A stretch of 16,269 nt of DNA. Source: a virus. Shown piece by piece: positions 15,371 through 16,269 of this stretch (its first letter is position 1; each line of letters begins with the position of its first letter). A model generated the notes under the pieces. That model searched no databases. It saw only the letters and a list, made by a program, of their open reading frames with translations, and was not told the origin of the DNA. The stretch is taken from UHGV virus genome UHGV-0094181, one strand, 5' to 3'. The position numbers and the translations under genes are program-made.

Positions 15371-15598
15371 ATGAGTACGATAGCTGAGCTTGTCAGTGCT
15401 AATTTTCGTGAAGAGTTGGTGCGTTGGTATCGGTATCATTCATCGTCCAGTTTGCCGATTGATGAGTTGTATGAGCATTCACCTGCTGCACGACGCTATC
15501 CGCGTGACCGTGTTCTTCGACGGTTGTTCAAACTCAACAATGAGTTTCAGCGCAACAGAATTATCCAGCAATTAGATTTGATGACTGATGATGAATGA
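15371..15598 (+). CDS. Hypothetical protein, 75 aa
   Basis: GGAGG RBS 9 nt upstream; 3' end overlaps ninB-like start; not recognised. Confidence 0.55.
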   Translation: MSTIAELVSANFREELVRWYRYHSSSSLPIDELYEHSPAARRYPRDRVLRRLFKLNNEFQRNRIIQQLDLMTDDE

Positions 15599-16013
15599 TT
15601 TCATTCTGCACGAAACCAATAAATCACAATTCTGGTTAGTTCTGAAACAAATCCTCTCTACCGGCAAACGCTGGCGAATCAAAATATCTGAGTACCGTGA
15701 GAAGCGTACATTGTCACAAAACAATCTGCTGTGGATGTGGAATGCAGAAATAGCCGCACAGTTATCTGCTGCTTCTGCTGAAAACTTCACGCCTGAAGAG
15801 GTTCATGAGTGGCTGAAAGATATATTTTGTCCGGCTAAAAGGGTGACGATTTTTAATATTACACGATGCGTTAAATCAACACGTCAGCTTGATATTGGAG
15901 ATATGCACAAATATCTGACCGATATTGACCAGTGGGCGCATCAGAAGGGATTACGACTAACCATTCCTGATAATTGCGAGTACCGGGATCTAAAGGAGAG
16001 GCAAGTAGAGTGA
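15588..16013 (+). CDS. ninB: NinB/Orf-family protein, 141 aa
   Basis: KRTLSQNNLLWMW motif resembles NinB RSLDQNRKLW motif (recollection); position after ren/tR2. Confidence 0.6.
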   Translation: MMNDFILHETNKSQFWLVLKQILSTGKRWRIKISEYREKRTLSQNNLLWMWNAEIAAQLSAASAENFTPEEVHEWLKDIFCPAKRVTIFNITRCVKSTRQLDIGDMHKYLTDIDQWAHQKGLRLTIPDNCEYRDLKERQVE

Positions 16014-16267
16014 CTATCAAATCAAATACGCCAGCACACGACAAGGACTGCTGGCAAACGCCGCTTTGGCTTTTTGATGCACTGGATATTGAGTTTGGAT
16101 TCTGGCTGGATTCGGCAGCGAGCGACAAAAATGCTCTGTGCGCTCACTGGCTAACTGAGGCTGACAACGCGCTCAATTCTGAGTGGATAAGCCACGGTGC
16201 AATCTGGAATAACCGTAAGCGTCGTCTGAGTACCGTCTGGTCCCGAATCCAGGATCCTGTAACTTAA
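16010..16267 (+). CDS. Short ORF (85 aa from GTG) with phage Dam-like N-terminal motif; lacks a (D/N)PPY motif before its stop, so possibly truncated or not a methyltransferase
   Basis: CWQTPLWLFDALDIEFGFWLDSAAS..NALC resembles the N-terminus of phage N6-adenine methyltransferases (recollection); AAGGAGAG RBS; stop at 16265-16267 close to window end. Confidence 0.4.
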   Translation: MTIKSNTPAHDKDCWQTPLWLFDALDIEFGFWLDSAASDKNALCAHWLTEADNALNSEWISHGAIWNNRKRRLSTVWSRIQDPVT

Positions 16268-16269
16268 GC

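Overview
This window looks like the left arm plus immunity and replication region of a mosaic lambdoid (pro)phage. It opens on an attL-type junction (lambda core overlap TTTATACTAA plus P' arm) followed on the minus strand by lambda-type int and xis. A long leftward (pL-driven) operon follows, with many stop/start overlaps (ATGA, TAATG): an orf55-like gene, DUF551 and Ead/Ea22-like paralogs, several unknown small genes, a recombination module (Gp157-like, RecT, Gam), kil-like and cIII-like genes, an accessory cluster, and N with nutL. The immunity region is phage 434-type (cI, cro, ACAA-N6-TTGT operators), with a signal-peptide gene coupled downstream of cI. Rightward come nutR, tR1, cII, an HNH endonuclease, a replication initiator with embedded iteron-like repeats, a DnaC-like loader, ren, a terminator, a 75-aa ORF, a ninB-like gene and a short Dam-like ORF. 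No rRNA, tRNA or CRISPR array was seen. The strongest candidates for something undescribed are the exported protein in the rexAB-equivalent slot after cI and the AT-rich 156-aa moron bracketed by terminator-containing repeats between N and cIII; the HNH gene wedged between cII and the initiator and the expanded structured N leader are also worth a look. All calls come from reading the sequence and recalling lambda/434 proteins; no searches or computations were run.
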